64,000 nt of DNA from Alphaproteobacteria bacterium (GCA_045613125.1 JAZLAM010000022.1:7227-71226); one strand, 5' to 3'. Shown: positions 28,801 through 39,002, counted from the stretch's first letter. Program-made: numbers and translations. Notes: generated by a model from the letters alone, not told the origin.

Positions 28801-31800
28801 TAGAGCATATCCTTATTTTGAACAGCCAAATTCCATGCAGTTTGTGCAATTTGCTCAACAACTGATGCAGATAAATCTTCTTCAACCTCATCAAACAAAT
28901 AATCTTCAATAGCAAAAAGAATGTCTCTTTTTACACTTGTGTTATTTTGAAAATCTACAACTTTTTTCGATTTGATAATATCAACTATGTGTTCAACAAT
29001 TTCACCATATCCATCGCCTGTGGATTTGAAAAAGTCTTTAATATTGCGATAAAATGGGTGATAAATCTTTACAGCTCTAATTTTTTCAGGAATATCACTA
29101 TCAACATAATCCGTAACATTTTTTTGATAATCTTTAGCTTGGTTAAGCAAAGCTTCTAAATCTTCTTTTTTTGCATTTTTCAAATCTTTAAGCAATTTAT
29201 CAATTAACTCGCTAAATTTACCATAAAAAGCCTCATCTTGATGATATTTTTCTTGAATAACCTTTTTGGTTTGAGCGAGTATTGCATCAGCTTTTGACTT
29301 ATCTGATAAGCCATTTTTTTGATCTTCAATATATTGGTTAAATTCATACATATTAGATAAACTGATTTCTTTTGAAAGCACCTCAACATCTTTTGCGGTA
29401 ACATATTTATCCAACAATTTCAAAATCTGGTCTTTATATTTCGAAAAATCAACTTTTTCAGCCATAGCTAACTGTGTTGTTTTTTTAATTTCAATAAATC
29501 TTTTCAAGTCTTTTTTATATGTCAGTAGGTCTTCTGTATTTATTTTCTCATGAAAATCATACAACGAATAACAAACCGAAAATTGCTTTATAAATTTATT
29601 TACATCATCATAAAAAGCTTCTCTTTCTTTTTCATGATCCTTCAAAAACTCAATATAAGCATTGGTGTTGTTAACATCTTTGATATTTCTAAACACATCA
29701 TGCAGACGTTCAAAAATACTCTTCAACACAAAAATCTGGCTATCAGCATCTAACAATGCATTTTCAATATCTTCAGGCGCATAGTTAGAAAACAACTCTA
29801 AAGCATTTTTAAGGTTTTTAGCATTTTTAGAGTAGTCAACAATCAAACCGGCTGTTTTACTTTGTTTACCTGCATCACCATCAAATACACGATTAACCCT
29901 TGCAATTGCTTGTAATAAGTTATGGTCTTTTAATTGCTTTGCCAAATATAATGCAGTATCACGAGGAGCATCAAAACCAGTCAATAATTTATCAACTACA
30001 ATGATGAGTTCACAACCTTCAGGATTTTTCTTATAATCTTGAATTATTTGCTTTTCTCTTGTTTCCAAAGAACCATATTTATGTTTTTGCTCTGCTAAAT
30101 ATTCGGTAATTGCTTTTTTATGTGTAGCATTTACATCATCTTTCCCTTCATCAGCTAATGTATCAGAAATAACAACTTCAGAATTAATACATCCAAGCAT
30201 ATCCAAAGAATTTTTAAACATAACAGCAGCATATTTACTCGGAGCAACAAGCTGACCTTTTAATCCTGTATCCTTAAAGTTTTTCATAAAATGATCATTA
30301 ACATCTAAAGCTATCATTTCAATACGTTGAGATGTTTCTTCCAAAACAGAGTTTGATATACATTTTTTAGCAAAGTCCTTACGTTCACTCTCCGAAAATT
30401 TTGAAGCAAGTCTTTCATAAAATTTATCAGCAATCGCATCAATTTTCTGGTCAACAAAGCGTCCTTGATAAATAAGAGGCAATACAGCACCGTCTTTTTC
30501 TGCTTCTGATATTGTATATTCATCAATTAAGCCACCAAATTTTTGAATAGATTCAGACTTTGAAGCAACTTTGCCTTTCAAACGTTCGGGAACTTTTTTC
30601 ATTAAAGGTGTTCCGGTAAAGGCAATCTGACAAGATCTAGGCAACATTTTGTTCATCATTGCATTAGCATCACCACCTTGTGTTCTGTGTGCTTCATCAA
30701 TCAAAACAAAAATGTTATTATCATTATCAACAAAATCTGTCGGTTTATCAAACTTATGAACTAATGTTGTAATAACATCTAATGTTTTAGATTTAATTTT
30801 TTTAACCAAATCTGCGCATGATGTTGCTTGTTGAACACCTTTTTTGATATTGCAAGCTGCAAATGTATCTCTAATCTGAATATCAAGGTCTGTTCTGTCT
30901 GTTACAACAATAACTCTTGGATTGTTAACGGTTTCAATTAAGTTTTTAACCAACATAACCATAGTTAAAGACTTTCCGCTACCTTGTGTATGCCAGATAA
31001 GTCCACCATGACGTTTACCATTTTCATGTTGATTTTGAATTTTTGCTATTGTCTTTTTAATAGCAAAATATTGCTGATAGCGCGTAACTTTCTTAATTCC
31101 ATTATCATAAATGATAAAGTTTCTAACCAAATCAAGCAAACGTGTAGGCTCTAACAGACTATAAATTCCTCTATCTTGAGCTGACGGAGTTTCTTTTTCA
31201 CATTGATTATAAGAATATCTTGATAAATCTGATGCAATTTTCTTAACAACAGCTGTATCAACTGGTTTATTTATACTTTCTAACACTTTTTGCTCATAAG
31301 TGTCTGTTGCATTTTTTTCTTTCCAAACTGAATAAAACTCAAATGGAGTGAGCATTGTTCCATATTTTATTTCATTAACATTGGTTGCAATCAATATTTG
31401 TGGGAACAAAAAGAACTTTGGTGTTTGCGTATATTTTTGGTTTCTTATCATCTGATGAATAGCCTCATCAACCAAAACAGATGCTTTTTTGCACTCAATA
31501 ACTGCAAACGGAATACCATTTACAAACAAAACAATGTCCGGTCTGCGATTTTGATCTTCTTCAATTTCAAATTCAGCCACCACATGAAACATATTTTTTT
31601 CTGGCTCATCCCAATTTATAAACCTTAATTGTGGAGATGTTTTTTTGCCATCAATAATTTCAGGAACAGATACACCACTAAGCAAATTAGAAAAAATAAT
31701 TTCCGAAGCTTTGACCACACCATCATCAAGTTTTATTTTCTCTAATCCAAAAATAGCCTCATCAATACTTTTATCTGATATCTCAGATGGATTTATTTCT

Positions 31801-32006
31801 CGCAAGGCTTTGATTGCAATATCACGCAAAATATATTGGCTTTTGCTATCACGATAATTATCAACCTCATGTCTTGGAATATAGGTATACCCCAAGTTAA
31901 TAAGCTGCAAAATCGCAGGAATTTGCGAACTATTAGCTTCATCAAAATCAGGAAGAATGTGGTGTGTAGTCATAGTATTACTCCGAAAATTCCTTATTTT
32001 TTTCAC
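28800..32006 (-). CDS. hsdR: Type I restriction enzyme R subunit
   Basis: N-terminal nuclease region, then SF2 helicase motifs (TQGSGKSLTM, LIDEAHRTQ). 1068 aa. Confidence 0.9.
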   Translation of the reverse strand: MKKIRNFRSNTMTTHHILPDFDEANSSQIPAILQLINLGYTYIPRHEVDNYRDSKSQYILRDIAIKALREINPSEISDKSIDEAIFGLEKIKLDDGVVKASEIIFSNLLSGVSVPEIIDGKKTSPQLRFINWDEPEKNMFHVVAEFEIEEDQNRRPDIVLFVNGIPFAVIECKKASVLVDEAIHQMIRNQKYTQTPKFFLFPQILIATNVNEIKYGTMLTPFEFYSVWKEKNATDTYEQKVLESINKPVDTAVVKKIASDLSRYSYNQCEKETPSAQDRGIYSLLEPTRLLDLVRNFIIYDNGIKKVTRYQQYFAIKKTIAKIQNQHENGKRHGGLIWHTQGSGKSLTMVMLVKNLIETVNNPRVIVVTDRTDLDIQIRDTFAACNIKKGVQQATSCADLVKKIKSKTLDVITTLVHKFDKPTDFVDNDNNIFVLIDEAHRTQGGDANAMMNKMLPRSCQIAFTGTPLMKKVPERLKGKVASKSESIQKFGGLIDEYTISEAEKDGAVLPLIYQGRFVDQKIDAIADKFYERLASKFSESERKDFAKKCISNSVLEETSQRIEMIALDVNDHFMKNFKDTGLKGQLVAPSKYAAVMFKNSLDMLGCINSEVVISDTLADEGKDDVNATHKKAITEYLAEQKHKYGSLETREKQIIQDYKKNPEGCELIIVVDKLLTGFDAPRDTALYLAKQLKDHNLLQAIARVNRVFDGDAGKQSKTAGLIVDYSKNAKNLKNALELFSNYAPEDIENALLDADSQIFVLKSIFERLHDVFRNIKDVNNTNAYIEFLKDHEKEREAFYDDVNKFIKQFSVCYSLYDFHEKINTEDLLTYKKDLKRFIEIKKTTQLAMAEKVDFSKYKDQILKLLDKYVTAKDVEVLSKEISLSNMYEFNQYIEDQKNGLSDKSKADAILAQTKKVIQEKYHQDEAFYGKFSELIDKLLKDLKNAKKEDLEALLNQAKDYQKNVTDYVDSDIPEKIRAVKIYHPFYRNIKDFFKSTGDGYGEIVEHIVDIIKSKKVVDFQNNTSVKRDILFAIEDYLFDEVEEDLSASVVEQIAQTAWNLAVQNKDML

Positions 32007-32241
32007 CTTTTGTTATTTCTATTTGATTAATAGCCTCTTTATTAAGCTCATTTTGATAATCATTATCTAATGCTTTTGACATCTCATTCATTAAAATTTC
32101 ACCACCAATATGAAGTCCCAAATGTGCCAACCTATCTGCATTATTGTTATGTTCTGTAAATTTTTTCGCAGATGCTATCCTCATAAACCAAGAAACACCT
32201 GTTAAAAAACCTTTCAAAAATCTATTTGCATTTTTATCCAT
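31978..32241 (-). CDS. Hypothetical protein (87 aa) between hsdS and hsdR
   Basis: Overlaps the hsdR start and the upstream gene's stop. No motif recognised. Confidence 0.35.
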   Translation of the reverse strand: MDKNANRFLKGFLTGVSWFMRIASAKKFTEHNNNADRLAHLGLHIGGEILMNEMSKALDNDYQNELNKEAINQIEITKGEKNKEFSE

Positions 32242-32968
32242 TTTTGTTTCTCCTTAGATTATTTTCATTTGACTGAATATTTTTTAAATCTTTATTTGGT
32301 TGGTGTGCTTTATCATCCACAGTTTCAAGTTTAACTGTATTATCTTGAGATATGTAAACTGTTCTATTACTATATGACTGTATTGCAAAAATTATTATAG
32401 TTACAAATATTCCAAGTATAACCAACCAATTTGTTATTTCGAAACGACTTTTAGCTAATAAAGCTTCTCGCTCTTTCTCACAGCATTCAAAAGATTTCTT
32501 ACCTTTCTTCTCATATGAATAGAAAAATGGACAACTTTTTGTAGATAATGTTTTTAAATCTTCAATCTCATTAAAATGTTCCCATTGCTCATGCCAACAT
32601 TCTAAATAATCATCATCGGGAGCATCTGGATGTGGCAACATACCAAACACAGAAGAAAGAGAGTACTTGTTAATAGACATACTATCTTGTGCTAATAACT
32701 CTAAAACCCGAGGTCCTCCACCTAATTGCTGATGATACATCCCTTTTTTCATATTGTCTAACATTTGCTCATATTGTGCTTCCCATACCTTTTGTATTCG
32801 AATTTCTTTTCCTATAAATTCAAAATTACCAGTAAATGCTTGTTTTCTTTCTTCATTAGTTAAAATTATGGTAATATCATCATTTGTAGACTTTAATGCT
32901 AACATATCATAGCTTGTTTTATCAATACAACGCATACAAAAAGCACAATTTAAACAACATTTTTTCAT
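32234..32968 (-). CDS. Cys-rich single-pass membrane protein (244 aa) nested in the restriction-modification operon
   Basis: N-terminal CCLNCAFCMRC cluster, a second SCPFF...ECCEKE cluster, and a C-terminal TM helix (WLVILGIFVTIIIFAI). Confidence 0.4.
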   Translation of the reverse strand: MKKCCLNCAFCMRCIDKTSYDMLALKSTNDDITIILTNEERKQAFTGNFEFIGKEIRIQKVWEAQYEQMLDNMKKGMYHQQLGGGPRVLELLAQDSMSINKYSLSSVFGMLPHPDAPDDDYLECWHEQWEHFNEIEDLKTLSTKSCPFFYSYEKKGKKSFECCEKEREALLAKSRFEITNWLVILGIFVTIIIFAIQSYSNRTVYISQDNTVKLETVDDKAHQPNKDLKNIQSNENNLRRNKNG

Positions 32969-32969
32969 A

Positions 32970-34208
32970 TTAGTTCACTTTCACGCGGGTTTGGCCGGTT
33001 AAGAGTTGTTGCATTAGGCCTTTCTTTTGCTCTTTTAAGGCGTCTAATTTTTTGTTCAAAAGGTTAATCTCATCATCTGTTGTTGATAAAACATCAGCAA
33101 TAGCCTTTTGTTCGGCAATATCAGAAGGAATAAATACCTTAACTAGCTGAAAATCTTCAGACGAAACAGCCATTCGCTCATATACAGTGCCTTCTTCATA
33201 CCTACGAGCTTTTGAAATAAAATTATCAGTTGTTAATAAATATCCAAAAAATAACGAATTACCATTAATTATTTCATAAGTTACATAAATTGGAGAAAAA
33301 ATCCCTTCTCCATAAGTATTTAAACAAATAACACCAAATTTGAGATTCGCAGGATTATAACATATGTCATGTGACTTGGTTATTTTATACTCTTTATCAA
33401 TCTGCTTAACTAAAAAATCACGATTGTATCTATCTGATTTTGGAACAACTCCTTCTTTTGTTAATGAAACGTGTTCTAATTCAGCTCCTTTAGTCAAATA
33501 TGTTTTTCGTTCTTTTAAAAATTCTTTACATTTGACTTCTTTCCAAGGTTGGGTGAAGCCTTTGAGGCGAGTTTTACCGGTGAGGAGTTTTTGCATCAGA
33601 CCTTTTTTAAGGAGTTTCTTTTGCTCTATCAAAGATGATAACTTTTCAATCGCCTCATCCCAAGTCCCCAATATCCCCGCAATCTTCTCCTGTTCAGGCA
33701 AGGGTGGAAGAAGCAAAAATATTTTTGATAAATCTTCTTGACCGATATTAGAACGAATTGCTCCTTGGCACCTACGTATAGCTTCCTTTCTAAAATAACC
33801 TGATTTAAAACAATATACACTAAACTTTGGAGAAAGAATATTAGATTTAGGTCGACCTCTGATAATAAAACCACCAAAAGTGATTTTTGAAGTATCAAGA
33901 TAAACAGAAGAGCATGCTATTTCTTCAGGAATTTCTGAGGTTCTATTAAATAAGACATCTCCATATATAACACTATTTTCATTAAGTTTACGTTCATTTA
34001 CATTAACAGAACCTATAATATTTTTTTCATATAAATATGTGTTATTAAATATGTCCATAGTATTAACAAATTTAATACCTGAACCATAGGACTCTTTTTC
34101 AGCATTTAGTCCATTCTTAAATATCATAAAATCACCAAGTTTCTTAACACTCCAGCCCTCAGGTATTTTTTGATTATTCTGCATCAATGCTATCCTTTTC
34201 TTCACCAT
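32970..34208 (-). CDS. hsdS: Type I restriction-modification specificity subunit (two target-recognition domains)
   Basis: Conserved central (LPPLPEQEKIAGIL) and C-terminal (AEQKAIADVL...LKEQKKGLMQQLLTG) HsdS repeats flanking two variable domains. Confidence 0.85.
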   Translation of the reverse strand: MVKKRIALMQNNQKIPEGWSVKKLGDFMIFKNGLNAEKESYGSGIKFVNTMDIFNNTYLYEKNIIGSVNVNERKLNENSVIYGDVLFNRTSEIPEEIACSSVYLDTSKITFGGFIIRGRPKSNILSPKFSVYCFKSGYFRKEAIRRCQGAIRSNIGQEDLSKIFLLLPPLPEQEKIAGILGTWDEAIEKLSSLIEQKKLLKKGLMQKLLTGKTRLKGFTQPWKEVKCKEFLKERKTYLTKGAELEHVSLTKEGVVPKSDRYNRDFLVKQIDKEYKITKSHDICYNPANLKFGVICLNTYGEGIFSPIYVTYEIINGNSLFFGYLLTTDNFISKARRYEEGTVYERMAVSSEDFQLVKVFIPSDIAEQKAIADVLSTTDDEINLLNKKLDALKEQKKGLMQQLLTGQTRVKVN

Positions 34209-34653
34209 TTATTACAAATTTATAAGATGGAGCATCTTTTTCTAACAATACCCAGACACCTAATAAATACTTATATTCACCTGTTGGATTAGTTAAATCT
34301 TTCAATTTTTGAATATCCTTTTCATCGTCATTATTCCACCATCCTTTAAATTCAATAGCTATTTTATTTTCATCATTACTCCACATTTTATGTAAAATAA
34401 TATCAGGACGAACCCCTTTGGGAAAATTAGGAGTTGATTTAACAGAATCACAATTTTTATTATATTCTGAATTTAGATCCAAATCTTTATATTGTGATGA
34501 TTGGACTTTTTGAAAAAGATGGGTGTAAATCAGAGCAACAACACATTGTTCTAATCCCTGAATTTGAATAACTTTTGAAAAATTAGCATAAACAGCATCA
34601 ACTGAGCGTTGAAGCATATTAAATAGTTGTTTCCGTTCTTTTAACTTACTCAT
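34174..34653 (-). CDS. Hypothetical protein with a possible PD-(D/E)xK nuclease signature (159 aa)
   Basis: RPDIILH ... IAIEFK resembles the D...ExK core. The call rests on this weak motif alone. Confidence 0.3.
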   Translation of the reverse strand: MSKLKERKQLFNMLQRSVDAVYANFSKVIQIQGLEQCVVALIYTHLFQKVQSSQYKDLDLNSEYNKNCDSVKSTPNFPKGVRPDIILHKMWSNDENKIAIEFKGWWNNDDEKDIQKLKDLTNPTGEYKYLLGVWVLLEKDAPSYKFVINGEEKDSIDAE

Positions 34654-34663
34654 ATATCACCTC

Positions 34664-35143
34664 TCAGGTATTTTTTGATTGTGCTTCAACTATAACATCA
34701 TTTTTATTTAACACTTTGTCAGAATAAGAGTTTTTATATAAATTCATATACTTGTCTGCAAAATCAAAAGTGTAATCTAATTGAAAAACTATAATTAATA
34801 GTGCAATATGTGCTGACGATAGGTATAAAGTATCTTTGTAATTATAACTAAAAGAAAAAGCATTTAAAAAAAATAAAAACAATAAAGAAAACAATGATGT
34901 TTTTAAGAATTTTTTATTGTCATATATAAATTTTTCAAACATATTATGTTTTTTCATATAAAGATTTATTTCTTGGTTAGCATAAGCAGCTAAAAGAAAT
35001 GATTGAGAAAAAGCAAAAATAATTGATATACAAGTAATTGCATCTGAAAGCAGGCCATTATTCAAAGTGAACAATAGACTTATATTTAGAAGTAAAAATA
35101 AAATCCATGTCCTACATTTTACTAAAGATTTCTTCAATTTCAT
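34664..35143 (-). CDS. Small 4-TM membrane protein
   Basis: Start assigned to MKLKKSL. Four hydrophobic helices. Overlaps the end of the upstream 251-aa gene. Confidence 0.4.
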   Translation of the reverse strand: MKLKKSLVKCRTWILFLLLNISLLFTLNNGLLSDAITCISIIFAFSQSFLLAAYANQEINLYMKKHNMFEKFIYDNKKFLKTSLFSLLFLFFLNAFSFSYNYKDTLYLSSAHIALLIIVFQLDYTFDFADKYMNLYKNSYSDKVLNKNDVIVEAQSKNT

Positions 35144-35867
35144 AATATCCTTCTTCCTTTTCAAATTCAAAAATTTCTTTTGCAACAACACTTTCCTCAT
35201 TAATGGATATGAAACCATCAGAACTTTCTCCTTTGATGTTAAAGGATTTTATATATGATGGTGCTTTAAGTTTATTATATAATTTTATTAAATAACTTTC
35301 TTTAAGAGCTCTTTTGAAATCCATTTTAACTATTGTTGTTTCTGGTCGTTCTTTTGCATCTAAATCATCTCCCCAATCTGGATTTAAAAAATCATGAATA
35401 AATAAATCATTTGTTGCTGTAATAGAAATAGATTCTATAGATTTAACTTGCTTAACAAAATCATCAATAGATGTAGAAACCGCTAATAATTTACAAGAGA
35501 AATCATTATCAGCTCCATGTAATAAATTTAATATTATATTTCTTTTATCATGGTCGGAACATAGTACTCGGTCTTGATAAATAACAAATATAAATTGATT
35601 AGTCATATGAATAATTTCTTCAGATAATATGCTATCATCATAATTTTTCTGATTTTTATTATAGCATCTATTAGGTTTTAACTTACCATAGGACACTAAA
35701 AAAACAATTTTGTCTTTATCTGCCATATGACGGATTGTATATGTTATACTTCTTAATGGAAATTCAATAATTTCTTTATTGCTGAATAAATCCTTTGAAA
35801 TTCGTTTTCCTGCACCTAAAAGGTCAACACATTCAGGAATATAATTAAACATACGTACTATACTCAT
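35112..35867 (-). CDS. Hypothetical cytoplasmic protein (251 aa) paired with the membrane protein
   Basis: ORF separated by 4 bp from the upstream fic. No motif recognised. Confidence 0.4.
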   Translation of the reverse strand: MSIVRMFNYIPECVDLLGAGKRISKDLFSNKEIIEFPLRSITYTIRHMADKDKIVFLVSYGKLKPNRCYNKNQKNYDDSILSEEIIHMTNQFIFVIYQDRVLCSDHDKRNIILNLLHGADNDFSCKLLAVSTSIDDFVKQVKSIESISITATNDLFIHDFLNPDWGDDLDAKERPETTIVKMDFKRALKESYLIKLYNKLKAPSYIKSFNIKGESSDGFISINEESVVAKEIFEFEKEEGYYEIEEIFSKM

Positions 35868-35870
35868 TGC

Positions 35871-36917
35871 TTAATACTCCTCCACAATTTCCCAATGACC
35901 GCCTTTGTCTGGACCGATACGACGGAGCTGATTATTGTTTTTCAAATTGGTTATTTGTTTAGCTATTGCACGTCTTGATATTCCAAGAGTTTCAGCCATC
36001 TCGGTTGTTGTGATTTTTGGATTTTGTGCAATTAACTCTAAAATTTTCTGTGAACTTTTCTGTGAACTTTTCTGTGAACTTTTTTCTTCTGTGGTACTCA
36101 CATCTTTAATCTGCATTTCGCGATTGTCCAAGAGATTAGTTTCATCTAAAAGCAAGTTTCCAAAGAACTTGTTTAAGAATTCCATTGTATAAGGAATGTC
36201 TTTTTTAAGGTTTTGATAGTTAGCACGAACAAGCGCATTACGGAAATATTTAGCATATTTTTCAAATATGTCGTTATTAGTTTCAAAACCTAAAGTATAA
36301 AGATATTTAATCACAAAAACCGCGGTGGTTCTGGTGTTACCTTCGCCAAAAGGATGTATCTGCCAAACTCCTGATATAAACTTTGCTAAATGCTCAACCT
36401 TTTGTTTGTTTGAAAGCCCTTGATAATTAAATTTCTTCTCTTGAGCAAAATCATAATCCAAAGTTTCTTGAATACTGTCCGAACGGCCATAAATAACCGT
36501 ATCACCATTTAAGATAGGTTCTTTTTTGGTAATATCATAAGTGCGAATTTTACCGGTAATTTCATCTTTTAAGATACCTGTAAATAAAGCCTTGTGAATA
36601 GAAAGGAGTTCAACAGGGCTAAATGAAAAAGTGTGTGTACTCAATAGTTTTGTGATACGAGCAGAAACCTCGTCAGCTTCTTTTTCATTGTGTTCTTGCA
36701 CAGTTTTTGCCGGATTTTGCTTATAATAACGAGCAATTTCTTCATTGGCCTCATCAATGGAAATTTTGCCTTCAATATTATCTTTAGCAACATCTATCAG
36801 ATATTTTGAAGGAGTTAACCCGTCAACTTGTTGCAAACCGATAGCAACACGCCAATTTTCTGCCTTTTTATATTTTTCAGGCTCATTTTGCTTTTTATAT
36901 TCTTCAAAATGCTCCAT
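35871..36917 (-). CDS. Fic/Doc family protein with a C-terminal winged-HTH, embedded in the type I restriction-modification operon
   Basis: Variant Fic motif HPFGEGNTRTT (HPFx[DE]GN[GT]R). SSQKSSQKSSQK linker. C-terminal HTH (TTEMAETLGISRRAIAKQI). Confidence 0.7.
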   Translation of the reverse strand: MEHFEEYKKQNEPEKYKKAENWRVAIGLQQVDGLTPSKYLIDVAKDNIEGKISIDEANEEIARYYKQNPAKTVQEHNEKEADEVSARITKLLSTHTFSFSPVELLSIHKALFTGILKDEITGKIRTYDITKKEPILNGDTVIYGRSDSIQETLDYDFAQEKKFNYQGLSNKQKVEHLAKFISGVWQIHPFGEGNTRTTAVFVIKYLYTLGFETNNDIFEKYAKYFRNALVRANYQNLKKDIPYTMEFLNKFFGNLLLDETNLLDNREMQIKDVSTTEEKSSQKSSQKSSQKILELIAQNPKITTTEMAETLGISRRAIAKQITNLKNNNQLRRIGPDKGGHWEIVEEY

Positions 36918-36920
36918 CTA

Positions 36921-38423
36921 TTACACTCCTAATTCTTTGAGGTATTCATTCATCTTGGCTTGAACATCTTGAAGCTCTTTTTCAAGTGAAGCGATATCAG
37001 ACTTAACTTTTGCTAAATCAACTTCTTCTTCCTCTTCAAAAGTATCTACATAGCGAGGGATGTTGAGGTTAAAGTCGTTTTCGCTAATTTCATCAAAGGT
37101 TGCGATATGCGAATATTTTTCAATTTCTTTGCGATTTTTATATGTATCAACGATTTTATTGATATGCTCATCTGAAAGAGTGTTTTGGTTTTTACCAGGA
37201 ACAAACTCTTTGCTTGCATCAATAAACAAAACATCTTTTTTGTTTTCATTGACCCCGCCTTGTTCACGAGATCTATCAAAAACAAGCATTGCGACAGGAA
37301 TACCGGTTGTTTGGAATAAGCTATTAGGCAAGCCAATTACAGCATCAAGAATATTTTCTCTAATTAATGCTTCTCTAATTCTTCCTTCTGATGAACCACG
37401 GAATAATACACCATGTGGAACAATAACTGCTACACGACCGGATCTTGGTTTTGCTGTTGCAATCATATGTGAGATAAATGCATAATCTCCTTTACTTGCT
37501 GGAGGCATACCTCTATCAAAACGATTGTAAATATCATTTTCTAAATGTTTTTCACCCCATTTATCTAATGAAAATGGCGGGTTTGCAACGATTACATCAA
37601 ATTGCATTAAATGGTCATTTTCCTTCAACAATGGGTTGTTTAAGGTGTCACCCCATTCAATGCGAGCAGAATCTTGTCCATGCAAAAACATATTCATACG
37701 AGCAAGGTTATAGGTTGCACCGGTTTTTTCTTGTCCATATAAAGCATAATCTTTTGAACCTTGAGAAGAAACTTCTTCACCGGCTAACAATAACAGGCCA
37801 CCTGAACCACAAGCTGGGTCACAAATTCTATCACCTGGTTTAGGCATAGCTAATTTTGCTAACAAAGCAGACAGAACTTTTGGTGTATAAAATTCTCCCG
37901 CTTTCTTGCCTGCATCTGAACCAAAACGTTCTATCAGATACATATAAGCATTACCAAGCAAATCACCCTCAACATCAGACAAATCAACCTGACTAAAATC
38001 ATTAATAAGATCTCTAATCATTTTATTTCGTTGACTAGTTTGGCCTAAAATAGCTTCATTGTTAAAATCGACGGTAAAAATCCCTTTTAAATGAGCCTCG
38101 TTAGCATCTTCAATTTTGCGAAGTGCTTTATTTATTAGCTCACCAACATTGTCTGCATTTTGTTGTTCGTAGATATCATAAAAACTAGCACCTTCAGGCA
38201 ACACAAAACGAGCATTTTTAAGACGAAGTTCAATACGTTCTTTATCATTTCCATAGCGTTCTTGAAGTTTTTTTACTTCAGCTTGCTTAATATCGCTCAT
38301 ATATTTATAAAACAAAAAGGCTAAAATATAGTCTTTGAACATACCGCCATCGACCACACCGCGCGCAGAATCTGCTGCACTCCATAATAGGTTATTTAAT
38401 TTGTCTTGCGTAATTTTAGCCAT
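36921..38423 (-). CDS. hsdM: Type I restriction-modification N6-adenine methyltransferase subunit
   Basis: HsdM N-terminal domain, an AdoMet-binding motif, and NPPF (VIVANPPFS). Confidence 0.9.
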   Translation of the reverse strand: MAKITQDKLNNLLWSAADSARGVVDGGMFKDYILAFLFYKYMSDIKQAEVKKLQERYGNDKERIELRLKNARFVLPEGASFYDIYEQQNADNVGELINKALRKIEDANEAHLKGIFTVDFNNEAILGQTSQRNKMIRDLINDFSQVDLSDVEGDLLGNAYMYLIERFGSDAGKKAGEFYTPKVLSALLAKLAMPKPGDRICDPACGSGGLLLLAGEEVSSQGSKDYALYGQEKTGATYNLARMNMFLHGQDSARIEWGDTLNNPLLKENDHLMQFDVIVANPPFSLDKWGEKHLENDIYNRFDRGMPPASKGDYAFISHMIATAKPRSGRVAVIVPHGVLFRGSSEGRIREALIRENILDAVIGLPNSLFQTTGIPVAMLVFDRSREQGGVNENKKDVLFIDASKEFVPGKNQNTLSDEHINKIVDTYKNRKEIEKYSHIATFDEISENDFNLNIPRYVDTFEEEEEVDLAKVKSDIASLEKELQDVQAKMNEYLKELGV

Positions 38424-38426
38424 TTT

Positions 38427-39002
38427 TTACTCCTTAATAGTCTGACTTAATATTGAGTTTATTAGTTTTTTTCTTGATTGCTTTATTTTTTCAAATATAT
38501 CCACCTCTTTTTCATAAAGAGAAAATAATTCAACAAGTTGCTTTTGTTTTTCTAGATGTAGAAGGGGGATGTCTATTTGCTTTAATTCATTAATAGTTAT
38601 CGTGCTTACGCGTTCAGTATTTTGGCGCAAGTTTAATTGTGATTTGCAGATAGGGGAATTCAGGTATAGGGCAACATATTCAGGATAATATTTTTCGTTA
38701 ATTAACTTAATACGATAAAAAGCACTTGATGCTATTGTTTGTATGTTATTTTTCCAAATAGCAGCTTTAAAATCTCCCTTATTTGTAAACAAAATTTCGT
38801 TTTGGTAAAGGAAATATTTTTCTTTAGCATTGACAATATCTGCTTTTTCTAAGTTACGGATATTGATATGGGTGAAATTTTCAACATCTCTGGGCTGAAC
38901 TACCGGAACAGTGGAGATTACACATTCTTTTTTTTCAAGAGAAATTAATTCTCTTCTAAAATTATGTCCTATTTTTACTTCAGCTATATCAGATAATCTC
39001 AT
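38427..39002 (-). CDS. hsdS: Half-size HsdS (single target-recognition domain)
   Basis: One variable domain plus the conserved C-terminal repeat (IDIPLLHLEKQKQLVELF). Sits 4 bp upstream of hsdM. Confidence 0.65.
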   Translation of the reverse strand: MRLSDIAEVKIGHNFRRELISLEKKECVISTVPVVQPRDVENFTHINIRNLEKADIVNAKEKYFLYQNEILFTNKGDFKAAIWKNNIQTIASSAFYRIKLINEKYYPEYVALYLNSPICKSQLNLRQNTERVSTITINELKQIDIPLLHLEKQKQLVELFSLYEKEVDIFEKIKQSRKKLINSILSQTIKE

